From Desulfurivibrio sp. (GTDB lineage: Bacteria; Desulfobacterota; Desulfobulbia; Desulfobulbales; SURF-16), in NCBI GenBank assembly GCA_003605035.1, contig QZKJ01000078.1:163-64162 (forward strand): 64,000 nucleotides of DNA, in the 5' to 3' direction. This document shows positions 62,685-64,000 of the stretch, piece after piece (within the stretch, counting starts at the first letter, position 1; the number at the start of each line of letters is the position of its first letter). The translations under genes and the position numbers were made by a program. A model generated the notes under the pieces. The model was not told the origin of the DNA and ran no database searches. It saw nothing but the letters and a program-made list of their open reading frames with translations.

Positions 62685-63084
62685 AGTCTGCTCCTTTCTA
62701 TTTATTCCCTGTTGTCATCATGACCCTGCCTTAGAAAAATGCTAACAAACAGTACGGCTGAAAATAAAGAAAAAATACAAAAAAACAAAGAAATTCGCTT
62801 GGTAATGAATTTTTAATTAACTCCTAACACAAATCTATCCCCCTCTTTATCAAAATCTCATACTCCCCTTTTACCATGACGGCAACCCACAGGCACAGGG
62901 GAATCAGCGTGTCATTCTGCCGGCAAAACCGGCGCGAGCCAGAACCCAACCGGAATTTCCGGATGAACATTGATAAGAAAAACTGACATGGATGAGGAGG
63001 TGACCCCAGACAGCTTGACCAAGGAGGAGAGGAGTATTCAAGGAGTGTTTCATCATCAAATTATGCACTAAAAGGAATAAAGCA

Positions 63085-64000
63085 ATGAAGAGATCTCTGA
63101 AAGCAATTGCCTTGACGGCAACCCTGGCTGTACCGTTCATGATGTCCGCCACCGCCTTTAGCGGTGACCATGACTACGACAAGCGCCATGACCACAAAAA
63201 AGGGGTGAGCAACTGGCTGGCCGGCGATTTTCATCAGCACACCTTCTACACGGACGGCAAAACCGCCTTTGATTACGTCATGGGGAAAAACAACGAGTTC
63301 GGTCTTGACTGGTGGGCCAACTCCGAGCATGGCGGAGCGCGGCCTACCGACGGCGAGGGCGTGAAATGGCTTGACACCAGCAAATATCCGGTCAACCCGA
63401 TCCTGGGCGACTTCCCGGAAAAGGGTTTGATGTACCGCTGGCAGTCCCTGCGGGATTTCGTCTATCCGGATATCGAGCGCAATCGCGACCTCTATGCGGA
63501 CAGAAAGATCGCTTCGGGGGTGGAATGGAACGTCCCCGGCCATGAGCATTGCAGCACCGGCATCGTTGCCGAGGATGCCGGCGCCATCAGCGCCTTCGAG
63601 TTCATCTTCGACAAATCCGACGACGACACCAGCCGGGTGGGCGAAGAGACCCCCTACGGCGTGCTGGCCAAGCAAAACGGCAAGATCTATGAGTGGGTTG
63701 ACGGCAGCAAGATCATCACCAGCAAATCAGTGGAGGAGCAGCACGCCGATGCGGTGGCCGGCTGCGCCTGGATGCAGCAGCAGCTCGATGCGGACAGAAT
63801 CGACAACGGCTGGATCATTTTCGCCCATATAGAAAGAAACGGCGCCTGGAGCACCGGCGGCTACGACATCAATAATTTCCGGGATCTGAACAACGCCGGA
63901 CCCGACGTCTGTTTCGGCTTTGAAGGCGCACCGGGCCATCAGGTCAACAGCGACCGCGGCGGCTTCGACACCGCCGAGGCCTTCGGCGGCACCTACGGCG
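63085..64000 (+). CDS. secreted PHP-domain-like metal-dependent phosphoesterase (3'-truncated by window end)
   Basis: Not in the ORF track because the frame is open-ended. My translation: MKRSLKAIALTATLAVPFMMSATAFSGDHDYDKRHDHKKGVSNWLAGDFHQHTFYTDG...NSEHGG...WNVPGHEH.... GDFHQHTxxTDG resembles PHP motif I (DxHxHTxxSDG). The frame stays open to nt 64000. Confidence 0.6.
   Translation, partial: MKRSLKAIALTATLAVPFMMSATAFSGDHDYDKRHDHKKGVSNWLAGDFHQHTFYTDGKTAFDYVMGKNNEFGLDWWANSEHGGARPTDGEGVKWLDTSKYPVNPILGDFPEKGLMYRWQSLRDFVYPDIERNRDLYADRKIASGVEWNVPGHEHCSTGIVAEDAGAISAFEFIFDKSDDDTSRVGEETPYGVLAKQNGKIYEWVDGSKIITSKSVEEQHADAVAGCAWMQQQLDADRIDNGWIIFAHIERNGAWSTGGYDINNFRDLNNAGPDVCFGFEGAPGHQVNSDRGGFDTAEAFGGTYG

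Noticed and set aside
63061-63939. Minus-strand ORFs 63061..63675 and 63727..63939, and plus-strand ORF 63494..63832
   Set aside because: They overlap the open-ended plus-strand frame starting at 63085, which has a signal peptide and PHP-like His motifs. The listed ORFs have no motifs and biased composition.

Overview
The window is a gene-dense, mostly GC-rich bacterial chromosomal segment. I found no rRNA, tRNA, CRISPR array, transposase or integrase. The gene content (type-B SdhCAB/Frd, archaeal-type LeuCD, sigma54-type promoters, a PEP-CTERM-like sorting signal, many palindromic intergenic repeats) fits an anaerobic Desulfobacterota/deltaproteobacterium, but that assignment is inference only.

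Genes from left to right:
- An AT-rich type IV pilus minor-pilin operon on the minus strand (GspH/FimT-like, PilW, PilV, PilX), ending in a 1972-aa modular PilY1.
- A divergent locus pairing an ARPP-1/DUF6569-like protein, a DUF1566 lipoprotein and a zinc ribbon against a WYL regulator, macrodomain and M20 amidohydrolase operon.
- RlmD-like methyltransferase.
- A cohesin/dockerin-like secreted protein and a PEP-CTERM-like protein behind a perfect sigma54 consensus.
- leuCD.
- An HD/MshEN-like/GAF signalling protein.
- yejABEF-like ABC importer.
- Malic enzyme.
- CPA2 antiporter with Usp domains.
- gdhA.
- A secreted six-hairpin-like protein.
- TetR, an RND transporter fused to a LolA-like domain, a DUF1302 barrel, and a MetA-type OMP.
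- Small accessory genes: methyltransferase, Zn-finger, cupin, CBM9-like, DUF4197.
- SLT-domain protein.
- trkAH and mgtE.
- GT39, KamA-family and PflX-like radical SAM enzymes.
- sdhCAB.
- TAXI receptor, Usp, and a truncated secreted PHP-domain protein.

The most interesting points:
1. The WYL-macro / ARPP-1-like divergent locus is a candidate ADP-ribose-linked module that matches no named system.
2. The PilY1 has an unusual architecture.
3. The RND-LolA-like fusion has a 22-bp palindrome at the junction.
4. The cohesin/dockerin plus PEP-CTERM pair appears to be sigma54-driven.
5. Three different 7-10 bp tandem arrays sit exactly at intercistronic junctions.
6. There are several MITE-like elements, one with an 11-bp target-site duplication.

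All homology calls are motif recognition by eye; no searches were run.
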